Shown here: piece after piece, positions 23,886 through 37,979 of the stretch
Layout: every line of letters begins with the position of its first letter
Numbering within the stretch: position 1 is the stretch's first letter
NCBI RefSeq assembly: GCF_006345805.1
Contig: NC_043001.1
Span: forward strand, 83,328,001 to 83,392,000
DNA from: Octopus sinensis
Lineage: Eukaryota
Direction: 5' to 3'
DNA: 64,000 nt
Notes under the pieces: generated by a model
Databases searched by the model: none
Seen by the model: only the letters and a program-made list of their open reading frames with translations
Told to the model about the DNA's origin: nothing
Translations under genes and position numbers: made by a program

Positions 23886-24037
23886 CCCTCTTCCAACCCC
23901 AACCTCACACCCCCACCCGCTATTATTTACTAAAATACCAAACCGTACCTCCCCACCCACCGAAGTCCTGCTTCCCTTGGTCCCCTGCCCCACCCCTATC
24001 TATAATGTAAGACAAATCCCTTGGAGTCAGACCTTAC

Positions 24038-24319
24038 CGTATGCCATACGATAAATCTTTTCTGAGAGCTGCTTCCTCAATGACTCGCTTGTAACAGGTC
24101 GACTGCGATGGCGGCTAACACAGTGACGACGGCGAAACTGCGATAGCGGCTAACACAGTGACGATGGCGAAGCTGTTCCTGCTACTGCTGCTGCTGTTAT
24201 TGCTACTGGAGCTGCTGGTGTTGCTACTGGCACTGTTGTTGTTGTTGTTGTTGTTGTGAAGTATATTGGAACGATACAGAAATTGGAAAATTGTGAGAAA
24301 TACAATCGACGTGTGGTGC
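24038..24319 (-). other. Candidate non-coding/5'-UTR exon of a minus-strand gene
   Basis: Acceptor CTCCTTTGCAG|, donor ATGGCATACG|GTAAGG. CpG-containing, non-TE sequence with CAA/CAG tracts and a 35-bp tandem dimer. All three frames contain stops. Confidence 0.35.
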
Positions 24320-24566
24320 CTGCAAAGGAGATTCATTTTACTGATGAACTGGTTACAACTGTGCTTCTGACTGGTCGAGAGTAAGCCTGTATACGCACAT
24401 ACATACATACATACATACATACATACATACATACATACATACATACAAGCATGCATACATATATATATATATACATGCATACATACATACATATAAACAT
24501 GTATATATATACACACACATACATTCATTCATATATGTATACATACATATGTATATATATGTATGA

Positions 24567-24635
<69 letters not shown>

Positions 24636-25071
24636 ACATGTGTGTGTGTGTTTGAGCGTGCGTACTTTTGAATACATTTTTATAGATGTGTATATATATG
24701 TGTGTGCATGTGTGTGTGTGCATGTCCTCGTGTGTGTGTACTGCCGGAAGATATTGAATAGAGATAAACTGACTACAGACAGCTGTTGACTGTACAGGAA
24801 TTGATAAGATAGATATGTAGATAACTAAATATGTATATATGAATGTATGCATGCGTGCATGTATGTATGTATGTATGTATTCATGTATGTATTTATGTAT
24901 CTATTTATGTATATTTGTACGTATGCATGTATGTATATGTATGTGTGTTAGTATGTGTATGAGAGAGAGAGAGAGAAAGAGGGCGATAACTAGATAGACA
25001 AACAGATAGATAGATAAATTGTTAGATAGATGAATAGAGATAGATAAATAGATAGATAGTTAGATAGATAA

Positions 25072-25107
<36 letters not shown>

Positions 25108-25127
25108 TTAGATAGATAGACAGACAT

Positions 25128-25160
<33 letters not shown>

Positions 25161-25285
25161 TAGATAGACAAATTTGTAGCTTAGTATAAAGAAATATGTT
25201 ATACACATGTATAGAGAAATATATATACTTACATACATGCATACACGTAAACATGTATACTTATACATACATAAGCGCATATATG

Positions 25286-25334
<49 letters not shown>

Positions 25335-25828
25335 ATTATGCCCTCTGGTCTTTACAAGATCAATCAGACTGTTTTCCTTCAATAGCATGTCAATATGCTA
25401 TTCTTGATTATGGAGATTATCTCCCCTCATCATTTGAAATTGGTATCAATTGTCACCAAGTCATTGTTCTACCCTCCCTAGAGGCAAAGGTAACTTCAAT
25501 AAATCAATAATTATTTTTCTATAATATTTAATATGTCGTTATTCACCTTTGTAGTTCGAATACATATCCCTCGACATTCTTGATTATTTCTTAGCTCATT
25601 TTTTTCATATATATGTAAACCTGGAATTTTGAAGCTTTCATCAAAGCAACTCAATGCAACTGGGGCAATCTCAGAATTATAGAACTCCTTCTTTTAAACA
25701 AATTGTGCACCTTTGTGTTTTTTTTCATTTTGTAGTTTAGTTTGCACCTTCTCGCTTGTTATGGCTTTACAAACAATATTCTTTAACGTTATACCTGAAG
25801 ATGCTTCACAAAATATACCTCATATATG

Positions 25829-25859
<31 letters not shown>

Positions 25860-25865
25860 TATATA

Positions 25866-25897
<32 letters not shown>

Positions 25898-25943
25898 AAT
25901 ATACAATATATATAAATATTATATATATATATACATATATATA

Positions 25944-25993
<50 letters not shown>

Positions 25994-26000
25994 ATATAAT

Positions 26001-26192
26001 AGTAATCCAAACATGAAAACACAACACGCGAAGACGTGGAACAAATAGTGTTAATTGGACGCTCAGGAAGGAAAGAAAGAAGGAGAATTGAACGTTTCGA
26101 GCGGAGCTCTTCGTCACAAACTTAGGAAGAGGAGAGATCCAAGGAAGGGAAGACGGAGGAAAAAATTGCCAACGATACAGGCGCGGTCACAT
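26001..26192 (-). mobile_element. Family C hammerhead-bearing short element
   Basis: Reverse-complement homologue of 48346-48550, with core GUGACGA-A-GAGC-UCC-GCUC-GAAACGUUC at about 26087-26121. Flanked by TA/CA microsatellites. Confidence 0.7.
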
Positions 26193-26206
26193 ACACACAC
26201 ACAGAC

Positions 26207-26237
<31 letters not shown>

Positions 26238-26275
26238 TGTATGTATGTATGTATGTATGTATGTATGTATGTATG

Positions 26276-26313
<38 letters not shown>

Positions 26314-26563
26314 GTATGTATCCATAAATTACACCCCCACACACACGCTCACACACACACGTGCTTTAGGCGGCATATTACTTAAATATATTCAAACGGA
26401 GTATTACTTGAACAAGTAGCAGTTTATGAGTATGAAAACGTTATTACATAATGTGACTAATGTTGCATGTCATTACATAAATTATATTGTACTGCGTTCA
26501 GAAATTTTGCTACAGAAACGTATGTTTCAATACTCAAAACCTCCATTCATTTCAACTTTGTTA

Positions 26564-26595
<32 letters not shown>

Positions 26596-27439
26596 ATATA
26601 TATATATATATATTATATATATATATAATATTATATATATATATATATATGGTATATATATATAATACAAAATGAAGTGACAAAGAAATAAACGATTATC
26701 TGATGATCTTCATTAACTTACAGGTGTTTCTTGTATAAGATGCTATGGATTCATAGTTGAATGCCTGAGTAAAACTTTATAGCTTTATCAGAGCTTGAAT
26801 ATGAAATGCAATTTATTTGAGAAAAAATTACATTTATAAATGTATATATATAGTTAATCCAAACAAGAAAACACAGAAAAAAACACAGCAACGCGAGGAC
26901 GTGGAACAATTAAAGTATTATATATATATATATAAGGAAACGGATTACCAACGAGGAAGCCAACATAGTTGTGTATGAAGTTCATAAGATAAACGTTTCA
27001 TTCTTTGGCATCTAATTTTCTCATTATCATTCTATACTCGTCTAACACTTTGTTTGGAATAATACGTATATTGAGTTCTATACCATATCATTTGTCTCAC
27101 AATGCTTAAGCAAAATATTAAAACACACACACGGCTAAGAATTAAAACAGGTTTGACAAAACTCTGCATGGCCACAGTAGAATGACTGAAATAAATAAAA
27201 GACAGAAGGTGAATAAATATATCTATCTAGATATATAAACACTGTTTATATGTCTTTATAGTATTAACGATTCAACCATGTTGCAATTATTTTAGTTCAA
27301 GATCAAATCTCTTGTAAATCAACTCAGAAATATGCCATATTTACTCGTGCATAAGTCACACTATTTTCTCTTTGGTAGTAATTTTCCAAGCGTTACCTCC
27401 ACCATAAAGGAAAGAAAATCGAAATTCTCTGGATACTGC

Positions 27440-27650
27440 TTTTGTATCAAGGATGAAATACTGACTCAAAATACTGATGTGGGAACCAACACATGGAAAG
27501 CATCCTGGCGGGGAGGTCATCCTGCCAGGTCATTCATCAACCAACACATCGAAGACTCTGGTTTACTGAAGAGTAACTGACCAAGAACAATACAGGAGAA
27601 GGCATTCTGGAGACAAGTGGTTGACGGTGTTCCTCTGTTGACGACGTAGT
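27440..27650 (+). mobile_element. Probable RTE-type LINE 3' end with (GTAG)n tail
   Basis: Translation resembles the WEPTHG...GRPAR.FI.Q..EDSGL...AFWRQVV C-terminus of RTE-type ORFs, and runs into GGTA repeats. Confidence 0.55.
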
Positions 27651-27742
27651 AGGTAGGTAAGGTAGTTAGGTAGGTAGGTAGGTAGACAGGTAGGTAGGTA
27701 AGTAGACAGGTAGGTAGGTAGGTGGTAGGTAGTTAAGTAGAT

Positions 27743-27978
27743 AAGGCGGCGAGCTGGCAGAATCGTTAATGCGCCGGGCGAAATGCTTAGTAATATTTCG
27801 TCAGCCATTACGTTCTGAGTTCAAATTCCGCCGAGGTCGACTTTGCCTTTCATCCATTCGAGGTCGATTAAATAAGTACCCGTTATGCACTGGGGTCGAT
27901 ATAATCGACTTAATCCGTTTGTCTGTCCTTGTTTGTCCCCTCTATGTTTAGCCCCTTGTGGGTAGTAAAGAAATAGGT
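27743..27978 (+). mobile_element. Family-A SINE with 16-bp TSD, inserted in (GGTA)n
   Basis: TSD TAGGTAGTTAAGTAGA at 27726 and 27974. Confidence 0.9.
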
Positions 27979-28234
27979 AGTTAAGTAGACAGGTAGGTAG
28001 GTGGTAGGTACGTTAGTAGACAGGTAGGTAGGTAACACAAATTTAGGGGATCGACTTACATACGATTAAATATGGTACTTATGTAACAGCTCCTTACATC
28101 ACTGCATTCATCCTAACATCCCTGCATTCATCAATTTGTAAAACAAATTTCATTTTAAGGATAAATGAATGGTTGATAAACAACAAACGTGGCCGCTCTA
28201 CTTGCTATAAAATAACAGCTAAAATTTCCTCAAA

Positions 28235-28400
28235 TTGGTTTCAAAATTTGGCACAATACCAGCACGTTTAACGGGAGGCGGTAAGTCGATTACAACGACC
28301 CCGGTGATTAACTGGTACTTATTTTATCGACTCCGAAATGATGAAAGGCAAAGCTGAACTCGATGGAATTTGAGATCAGAACCTAAGAAGGGACGACGGC
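28235..28400 (-). mobile_element. Family-A SINE, degenerate
   Basis: Reverse-complement central domain and B-box. Confidence 0.7.
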
Positions 28401-29037
28401 GTTTAAACGATTCTGGTTGCTCACCACCACCACCACCACCACCACCACCACCACCACCACCACCACCACCACCACCACACCACCACTGCCGCTGCCGCCA
28501 CCGCCATCGCCACCACCACCACCGCCACCACCGCCGCCGCCGCCACGACAACTACAGTAACAACAACACCAACAACAACGATAGCAAGAACAAACAATAG
28601 CAACAACAATAATTATGGCAACTTGTACAACCCAATTTTTCCAATACTAACATATGTCTGCAGTGTTAGCTGACATCTGAAATTATTCATCTCCGGAGTA
28701 TATTATAAGACTAGACAAATTTTGGACAAATTCTTCACCTGTCTCATTACAAAACAATGTTCTAATAAAGAGTGAAACAGAATACCGCTAACAAAACAAA
28801 TGGTTCACCTGTAAACTGAATATTTTTTTTTTTATATTTACTATGAAATGATAGCTGTTACATGATGAGAAGGAAATGGAGGATTTTTATTTGCTTATTT
28901 TTTTTGTGGGAAATAATTTCTTTTCCCTTTTAAAATAATTATTTCTGATCTGGTTTGTTTATTTGCTGTTCCCTCTTTAGTTTTATTTTTCCTTATTTCC
29001 TTCATTCATTTATTATTTCTCTCTTTCTCTCTCCTTT

Positions 29038-29070
<33 letters not shown>

Positions 29071-29119
29071 ATTTTCTTTCTCTTTCTCTACATGCACAAA
29101 CATGCACCAGTATACTGAT

Positions 29120-29440
29120 TCCTCGAGCCAAATAAACAGGTTCTTCAGAAGAGAAAAATAATATGTAGAGTGCCGTTTTGACATCGTCCCAATTTCTAAA
29201 TTTTTTCTCGCTGGTAAAGTGTTCACGTAATCTCAATAAGTGAAAATCTGATGGTGCAAGGTCTGGTGAATAGGGAGGCGTGAGGTAGAGGTTCCCAGCC
29301 TCATGAATTTATCCTTTCTTTGGATATCTTCATTAAATGTGGCCTTGCATTATCATGTTACAGGATGACACCCTTTCTGTTTCTAGAACTGGTTGGTATT
29401 TTTTTTTAGTAAAACCTGATCAACAAGTTTAAATTGTCGA
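29120..29440 (-). mobile_element. Mariner transposase fragment
   Basis: The minus strand reads PYSPDLAPSDFHLL...FRNWDDVK. Confidence 0.65.
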
Positions 29441-29950
29441 AAATAAAGTTCTACAGAAAGTCATATATATATATAATATATATATATATATATTATATAT
29501 ATATATATGTATGTATATCTATATATATATATATTATATATATATATAATATATATTAATATATATATATATAGATATATAATATATATATATATTATAC
29601 AGTTAAGAGAATAACAACCTGCGTTTACGTGGTTTTAATTCACAACAAATGCTCTAAAACTTTTAGTTCACTAAAATCATAATGAAATTAATTTTTATAG
29701 CATAGCGTTAATACCAATAATCAATTCTTATATTATACATTATCTTTTCCATAATATATTTATTAATTACCTAATCACACTGCTGACGAATGTCTACCAT
29801 TCAAATTAATCAAGTCGTTAGAGTTGAGTTCTGGTTTTTGTTTGATTTAAATATCGATTATTATATATTAAAATATAAATAAGCATTCATGTGCGTGTTT
29901 TTTTTCATATATACATAAAAAGGAATTAAAGTTAATGCTAAAGCTACTTC

Positions 29951-29982
<32 letters not shown>

Positions 29983-29993
29983 CATCATCATCA

Positions 29994-30027
<34 letters not shown>

Positions 30028-32236
30028 CGCCAGACATCGATATGAAACTTCAACAATTCATGTCTGTAATGCAAGCCATATGCTACAAATGTGTCCCAGA
30101 GAGAAAGGCCACTGTACACAAGAACAAAATCCCCAGAGAGAGGAAAATTCTAATGAGACGGCGTACAAAAATCTCAAATCGCCTAAACAAACAAATTGAA
30201 AGCAGTGAAATGTCCCGCCTCCTGAAAATGAAACTGTTGGAAATTGAAAATGTCTGCAACTCTCCCATGAAAAGGAAAGAGCAGACAAAGAAGCCTGGGC
30301 TATAGACAACATAAAATCTAATCCCAGAGCTTTCTACAGGTATGCCAAAGAAACAGCTACGGTGCACTGTAGGATAGGGCCACTCCTTGAAAGGATGGCA
30401 CACTCACAGGAAATCCAATGAGGGTAAGTGAAATACTAAATGAGCAATTCAAGAGTGTTTTCACTCCACCCCTGGGGGCATTTCCAAATCAGCAATCCAA
30501 CTGACTTCTTCACCACTGCAGATATGGGGTCAGAGGCGGCGATGATTGATTACATCAATATAAGGAAGACGATGTAATAAAGGCTATGATGAGATGAAAA
30601 CAAACTCAGCTACTGCCCCGATGGATTCCCGGCAATCCTTCTAAAAGTATGTAAGAGAGTCCTAGCAAGACCACTGCAGTCTCTCTTTCAGAGCTTCCTT
30701 GCAACTGGCAAACTTCCAAGAAAACTGAAGGAAGGTAAAATATGCCCTATTCATAAAGGAGGTAGCAGAGCGGAGGCCAAGAACTACAGACCTATCTCTC
30801 TGACCTCACACATCAGCAAGGTCATGGAACGAATAGTCAGAAGGAAACTAATCACCTTCTTTGAAGAAAATGACTTGCTGCCTGACACCCACATGGTTTC
30901 CGAACAGGAAGAAGCTGCTTAACTCAGCTCCTACAACACTATGACTGGGTGCTGAAACGACTGCTCAACCACTCAAATGTGGAAGTGATATATCTCGACT
31001 TTGCAAAGGCCTTTGATAAAGTCGATCATGGAATGATATGTCACAAACTGCGTGATCTTGGCATAGTTGGAAAATTGGGAGAATGGCTTCATGACTTTCT
31101 GAAGGATAGAAGTCAGGTAGTAATAGCCAATGGGGCCACTTCCATTAACACGCAAATAGTGAGCGGTGTTCCGCAGGGCACTGTTTTGGGACCACTACTG
31201 TTCATAATGGCCCTCTCAGACATACCCTCAGCCACGCAGAGAGCCACGATCACAAGTTATGCAGATGATAAAAAAGTTTCACAGAACCCTGAAGACACTA
31301 AGCACCTGCAATGTGAGCTGGACAAAATATACAGGTGGACTGAAAAGAATAGCATGCAGTTCAATGCTGAAAAGTTTCAAGCTTTATGCTATCAGCATGC
31401 AAAACTGAATGCAATACCCAATGAATAAACTGGACCCGGAGGGATTGCAATCCCAGAGGCACAATCAGTGCGTGACCTGGGTATTCACATGAGTGATGAC
31501 GCAACCTTTCATGTACATGTTGCTAAACTGGCAATGAAATGTAGACGGCTGGATTCTTAGAACCTTTAGAACAAGAGAACAAGAAACCATGATGGTCCTC
31601 TGGAAAACACTTGTCCTAAGCCATTTTGACTATTGCTCTCAGCTATGGTCACCATCCAGTGTCAAGTTGATCACAGAACTTGAGGCGATCCAACGAAGCT
31701 ACACGAAGAAGATAGCCTCTGTGCAGCATATAAACTACTGGGAAAGACTCAATAGATTAAAACTCTATTCCTTGGAGCGTAGGCGAGAAAGATATGCCAT
31801 AATATACATCTGGAAGATCCTGGAAGGACTTGTCCCAAACTTTGGCATCGAGAGTCACACAAATGCCAGAACCGGGCGCCACTGCGTGGTACCAAGGACT
31901 CCAAATTTGCCATCAAGATGTAGGACAAGATACTGTGATAGCCTGGGCTTCAGAGGCCAACAGCTCTTCAATATCCTCCCGAAAAACCTGAGGGACCTAC
32001 ATGGTGTAGATGCGGATGTCTTTAAAGTAGGACTGGATCTCTTCCTGTCAGGTGTCCCGGATGAACCAACTTCACGGCAGGAGGTGCAGATGAGGGCAGC
32101 TGCATCGAACTCTCTCATGCACCAAATGGCAGTTGCTAAAAAGCTTTCGTGAAGTAAAATCATGTAGCAAACCAAATGGTGGTGCCCCAGCATGGCCACA
32201 GCTCATGAGCTGAAACTGGAAAAATCAAAATCAAAT

Positions 32237-32240
<4 letters not shown>
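30028..32240 (+). mobile_element. 5'-truncated CR1-clade LINE with a decayed RT ORF and (AAATC)n tail
   Basis: VIYLDFAKAFDKVDHG, GVPQGTVLGPLLF, SYADD and C-terminal YWERLNRLKLYSLERRRERY motifs, split by frameshifts. The 3' UTR ends GGTGCCCCAGCATGGCCACAGCTCATGAGCTGAAAC followed by AAATC repeats. Confidence 0.9.
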
Positions 32241-32274
<34 letters not shown>

Positions 32275-32641
32275 GAACTCTCTCGTCGGTTTTGGTATAT
32301 GAGGATCTAACAACCTATTTAGCTTATTCAGATTTAAGCCGAGTCCCACCCAGGACTTTCAAACCCGTTCAAAGATCGTGCAAGGATGAGGATTACGGGG
32401 CAATTTTATTGCTATGCTCGATAATGCTTTTGTCCTCTCTCTTTGTTCTGACAGCCGATAGACGCAGCTAGATTTGACAGACATATTTCCAGTCTTTCAG
32501 TTCGTGGGCCACTTAATGAAAGGTCTCATAACGTATATTGATTGTTGAAATATTTCTTTTCGGTTTGTCTTTGCGACTGAGCATGGCCGTCCAACATCTC
32601 TGTGTCCGCTATCAAACTGGCTATACACAAGCGCATATATA

Positions 32642-32685
<44 letters not shown>

Positions 32686-32695
32686 ATATATAGAG

Positions 32696-32733
<38 letters not shown>

Positions 32734-32801
32734 TATGTGAGTGTGTGTATACATATACATATATGTATAAACATATGTGTGTGGTGTATATATATATATA
32801 T

Positions 32802-32856
<55 letters not shown>

Positions 32857-32857
32857 T

Positions 32858-32900
<43 letters not shown>

Positions 32901-34040
32901 CTATTATATATGGAGGAAAACAAATATTTGTAAAAACTCGTCGTGGATTGTTTAGTGTGATTGCATTGGAGAGTGCTTTATGGATGCGTATACATAACAC
33001 AAAACTTTATGGAAACTCGAGCCATGTAATAATATAATGCAAAAGACCGTATCATGCTGAACGCACAGATTCTTGTCTCGTAATTACTGTCCAGGCGTCA
33101 AATTTGTACGTTTATGTAAATGAATTTGCTCTACGCACATAGCTGCTTACATTATTAAGATGTTTACATTCTCTAAATATTTGAAGACCTCATTCAATTA
33201 TGCGTAATCTAATTAGGCCGAATTTCAGAAAATTTTATCGAATACACGGAGTTTATTGCGAAAATTTAATTACAAAATTTAAAAACAGAATATAAAACAA
33301 AACTTATGTGAATTTTTAATGACATTTTAAAAGATTTAGGAGAATAAATTTAATAGTACATAGTGAACGAAATTGTATTATATTTTCGTGCGAAATCCAT
33401 ACATTCCAGAAACAAGACGTTAAGGACCTCATAGACCAAAGGTTCCCCAAAGGCTGCAGGTACCCTCTATGTAGGTTGTCAATCGAATGAATATAGGTTC
33501 AATCTACAAGCTCTCCTTGCTGATATTAATTTTAAAGGATACTGCATTTAATTTTAAATGGTCGTTACGTGATTGAAATTTAGCCTCTGATCAGCAAACA
33601 GCGAGCTGACCAGCAATCGAGACTTTCTAGATATGACCATCCTGTCCTCGATTAAAACAATATATTTAACACTGCATCAATCATTATGCTGAGGCTCTGC
33701 CATTGGTTTCATCGAGTTGGCATAAATTCACATTGAGAAGGAAATAGGGGAGCTGATAATATGAAGGATGAAACATTGTAAGACATTTGAGCCGTGCATA
33801 AAACGTGTAGCTAGGAATTCAAATTAGTCAATCCATCACGATTAAGTTCTAGTTTTTACTTGTTTTAAATAGCGATTACAGTATTTTAATATATAATATC
33901 TATATATGCTTCCTTACCTTTTTTTTAAATATTTGGCAGAAGTAACAGAGTGACTCAATGGTTGGGAGATTCATGCGTTTGCATCGTGAAACGTATATGC
34001 TTATATCCATTCCTATACGGATATGTGCGCGTGTGTATTC

Positions 34041-34096
<56 letters not shown>

Positions 34097-34388
34097 ATAT
34101 CACCTTGCGTCTTCATTTCACGTCAGTCTGCTGCTAAATCTTATTACTACTACTAACCCGTTCGACTCATTTCCTCACACATTTCCTCACACATACACAA
34201 AGGACAAACACACAAGCTCAGAGATACTACTATCCCACGGGGCACTAATATACAAGCACACTACTCGTAATCCGCTCCCGCGCACACATAGAAAAAAGAC
34301 ATAAACAGATATATACATTCTATATATTCAAGTATCCCGCCACACATTCTACCCACCACATACATACATACATACATACATACATACA

Positions 34389-34424
<36 letters not shown>

Positions 34425-34444
34425 TATATGTATATATAGTGTAT

Positions 34445-35670
34445 ATATAGTGCGATTTTTTATACTTCCTTTGATTTTTCAAAATTAAGACAGAGTTCAT
34501 TTTTAATCTAAAATATACTCTCCTCCATTTTCTACAATGATCTACCATCTAATCTGGTTGACTTCCAAAATTCACTTGTCAATGATGAAAACTACTCCTC
34601 CAGTACTGTTCAGACCTCGTCTAAAGAATTCATACTATTTTCGTCCAAATGATTTTGAAGACTACAGAATAAATGATAATAAGATGGGGCAATGTCCAGC
34701 GAATATGGTGGGTGGGGAATCACTTCCCATTGGGACTGTTCCAGCCTTTGGAATGTCATCATCGCTGTGTGTGGCCGAGCATTATCCTTATGGTAGAACA
34801 CCGTCTTTCTTCTAGCGCTGACTTAAGTAACTCAAGCTGCGTTCGCAGTAGATCTCCTTTGTTATCGTTCAGTTTGAGTTTAAAAGTTCAAACTGGACTA
34901 AACCTTTCATATCCGACCAAACAAGTAATAACACCTTACGTGGGTGAAGACCTTCTTTAGCCTGGGTGCCAGTGTTTCTCCTTACCCTAGCCACTGCCTT
35001 CGACGCTTGACATTTTTATGGAGAACTCATTTCTCGTCACCAGTCAATGTTCAGTCCATAAAAGGTTCATTCGTGAGACGTGACAGCAAAGAAGAACACA
35101 CATTCACTCTTTGCACGTGATTAGACTCGGAAAGCTTATGAGGAACATATCAATCCACATTACTGATTTTCCCGATGGCACGCAGGTGTCGATGAATGGT
35201 TGAATGACCAAATTCAAGATTCTATGCTTGTTCCTCAACAGTTAAGATGGGATTTTGTTCCACCAGGACGTTCTCGTCGAGTTCTACAGATCTTCCAGGA
35301 TGAAACTCGTCTTCTAAGTTTTAGTTTCCGGCTTGGAATTTCTGGAACCACTGTTGACACTGGCTTGCGCTTATTGTCCGACCTCAATATACTGCATTAA
35401 TATTTCCCGCATTTTCCGTTGTGTTGTTGCCTTTATGGAACTCATTAAGCAAAATATGGCGAATATGCTCCTTTGTCACTTCCATTATAGCTTTGAAAAA
35501 ATAACAGTTAAAATAGAAATGCACTCTTCAAAACTTGCACTAAGAATAAGTACATAGTAAAATTACTACCTGCTTTTATGGCAAGTTGATGCATATAGTC
35601 TATCCTGTCGCCCTCCAAGTTTTAGTTTATGCAATTGAAAAAACCGCATTTTTTACGGGATGACCCAATA
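34445..35670 (-). mobile_element. Mariner transposon relic (same family as 5760-6663, longer)
   Basis: KDNARPH and PHPPYSLDIAPSYYHLF motifs. Right TIR TACGGGATGACCCAATA. Confidence 0.85.
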
Positions 35671-35774
35671 TATGTATATATGCATATATATCTATATATA
35701 TTTACACACACACACACTCACATATGAACGATGGAACCCGACACAATCTAGCGAACCTAGACAAAGAAGATCGT

Positions 35775-36270
35775 CTCAACGCAAGAAGGTCAACCACTGA
35801 GCAGAGCTGAAACGTTTAGACTCTACTGCCTTGAACGAAGGATGGAAAGGTGTGTAGTGGCATACATTTGAAAAATCTTGGAAGGACTTGTAGCAAACTT
35901 TGGTATTGAAAGTTACACAAACACTAAAATCAGGAACCACGGTCAAGTGCCAAAATCTCCAGTATCGCCACCAATATTTAGAACCCGATATTGCAACAGC
36001 TTGGGTTTCAAGGGCCCACAGCACTTCAGTATCCTCCTCGAAATCCTGAAAGTCCTACATAAGGTGGATATAGGTGTCTTCAAAACAAAATTAGATCCCC
36101 TCATGTCAAGTGTTCCGGATGAACCAACCTCGTAGCAGGTAATGCGAATGAGAGCAGCAATACCAAACACTACATATAAGAGGATGGTTCAAGTAATGAA
36201 GGTGTAACAAAACAAACGGTGGTGCACCAGCATGGCCACAACTATCATGCTAAAACTAGTAAAAGAGTAC
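35775..36270 (+). mobile_element. Older 3' fragment of the same CR1-like LINE family
   Basis: EGLVANFGIESYTN...CNSLGFKG...VPDEPTS matches the 31589 ORF, and it carries the same GGTGCACCAGCATGGCCAC tail. Confidence 0.8.
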
Positions 36271-36357
36271 ATGTAAATAGACAGATAGATAAATATAAAT
36301 ATTTATGCGCTACACACATATACATACGGATATATACATACACACACACATATATAT

Positions 36358-36411
<54 letters not shown>

Positions 36412-36680
36412 TATATATATATGTATACACATATACACACACTCACACATACATATTATATATATATATATAAGAAGAATTAAGGTACTCAGAAATCTGG
36501 ATGGAGATTCTAGTGGAGTAGATGGAAGCGCTAATATATGATTTATAAAAACATGTAACATATTAATAAAAATCTGTAAATATAAGTCCAACCAGATTTC
36601 TGAGTACCTTATTTCTTCTAATATATAATACCTGTACATCACCTCCAAACCTTCTAATATATATATATATATATATATAA

Positions 36681-37979
36681 AATACTTAAAGAAAACCTCT
36701 CTCATATAGTGTTTGCTCAATTCAACTCACGAAAGTATGGGGGTAGAGACATTAAAAAATCAAATGCAAAGGTTATTTGAGAACGTACGTTTCAAGATTA
36801 GTCAAACTCGACACTTCTATCATCAGCTCAGAACTCCCTGGTTTGGATTTGAAAACACTGAAAGTGGGAGCATACCCTTTCGGCTTCTTATCGCTTCTGA
36901 AGATCTGCTCGAAACTAACAGTGCCAGCAAACTCAAAAATGCAAGCGAAGGGGAGAGCAGAAATTCTTCGCTTGCATTTTTGAGTTTGCTGGCACTGTTA
37001 GTTTCGAGCAGATCTTCAGAAGCGATAAGAAGCCGAGAGGGTATGCTCCCACTTTCAGTGTTTTCAAATCCAAACCAGGGAGTTCTGAGCTGATGATAGA
37101 AGTGTCGAGTTTGACTAATCTTGAAACGTACGTTCTCAAATAACCTTTGCATTTGATTTTTTAATGTCTCTACCCCCATACTTTCGTGAGTTGAATTGAG
37201 CAAACACTATATGAGAGAGGTTTTCTTTAAGTATTAGAAATAGTTTTAAAAAAGTTTTTTTTGGCTGCTATTTCTAATGAGTTCAGTATGCGGCAAAGTA
37301 ATTTATTTTACTAAGCCCTTTTATATAATGTAATAATTTGAATTCGCCTTAAATGGTCCCTTTGCATACTGAATACTTGGTGAAATTGATTAATTAATTA
37401 ATTTTACCCTCAATTGTTGAAATTATAATTCATCTCTCTCTACTTAATGCCTCGGATTTTACCGAAAAAAGCATAGTGTTTACTGATTTTAACCCACGCT
37501 GGTGGAAAGGGGAGAGCAGAAATTCTTCGCTTGCATTTTTGAGTTTGCTGGCACTGTTAGTTTCGAGCAGATCTTCAGAAGCGATAAGAAGCCGAAAGGG
37601 TATGCTCCCACTTTCAGTGTTTTCAAATCCAAACCAGGGAGTTCTGAGCTGATGATAGAAGTGTCGAGTTTGACTAATCTTGAAACGTACGTTCTCAAAT
37701 AACCTTTGCATTTGATTTTTTAATGTCTCTACCCCCATACTTTCGTGAGTTGAATTGAGCAAACACTATATGAGAGAGGTTTTCTTTAAGTATTAGAAAT
37801 AGTTTTAAAAAAGTTTTTTTTGGCTGCTATTTCTAATGAGTTCAGTATGCGGCAAAGTAATTTATTTTACTAAGCCCTTTTATATAATGTAATAATTGAA
37901 TTCGCCTTAAATGGTCCCTTTGCATACTGAATACTTGGTGAAATTGATTAATTAATTAATTTTACCCTCAATTGTTGAA

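Noticed and set aside
24102-24171. 35-bp direct repeat, considered as a possible CRISPR-like array
   Set aside because: Two adjacent copies with no spacer, in eukaryotic DNA; a simple tandem duplication.
29775-29815. CTGACGA-ATG-TCTAC-CAT-TCAAA-TTAATC possible decayed hammerhead
   Set aside because: The GAAA is absent and stem I is poor; a single copy cannot support it.
36896-36915. CTGAAGA-TCTGCTC-GAAA hammerhead-like spacing
   Set aside because: No stem II pairing and no stem I or III in register.
36713-37762. Three near-identical 110-126-aa ORFs (MLNSTHESMG...)
   Set aside because: They start at TTG, arise from the triplicated repeat, diverge exactly at the junctions and show no recognisable domain.
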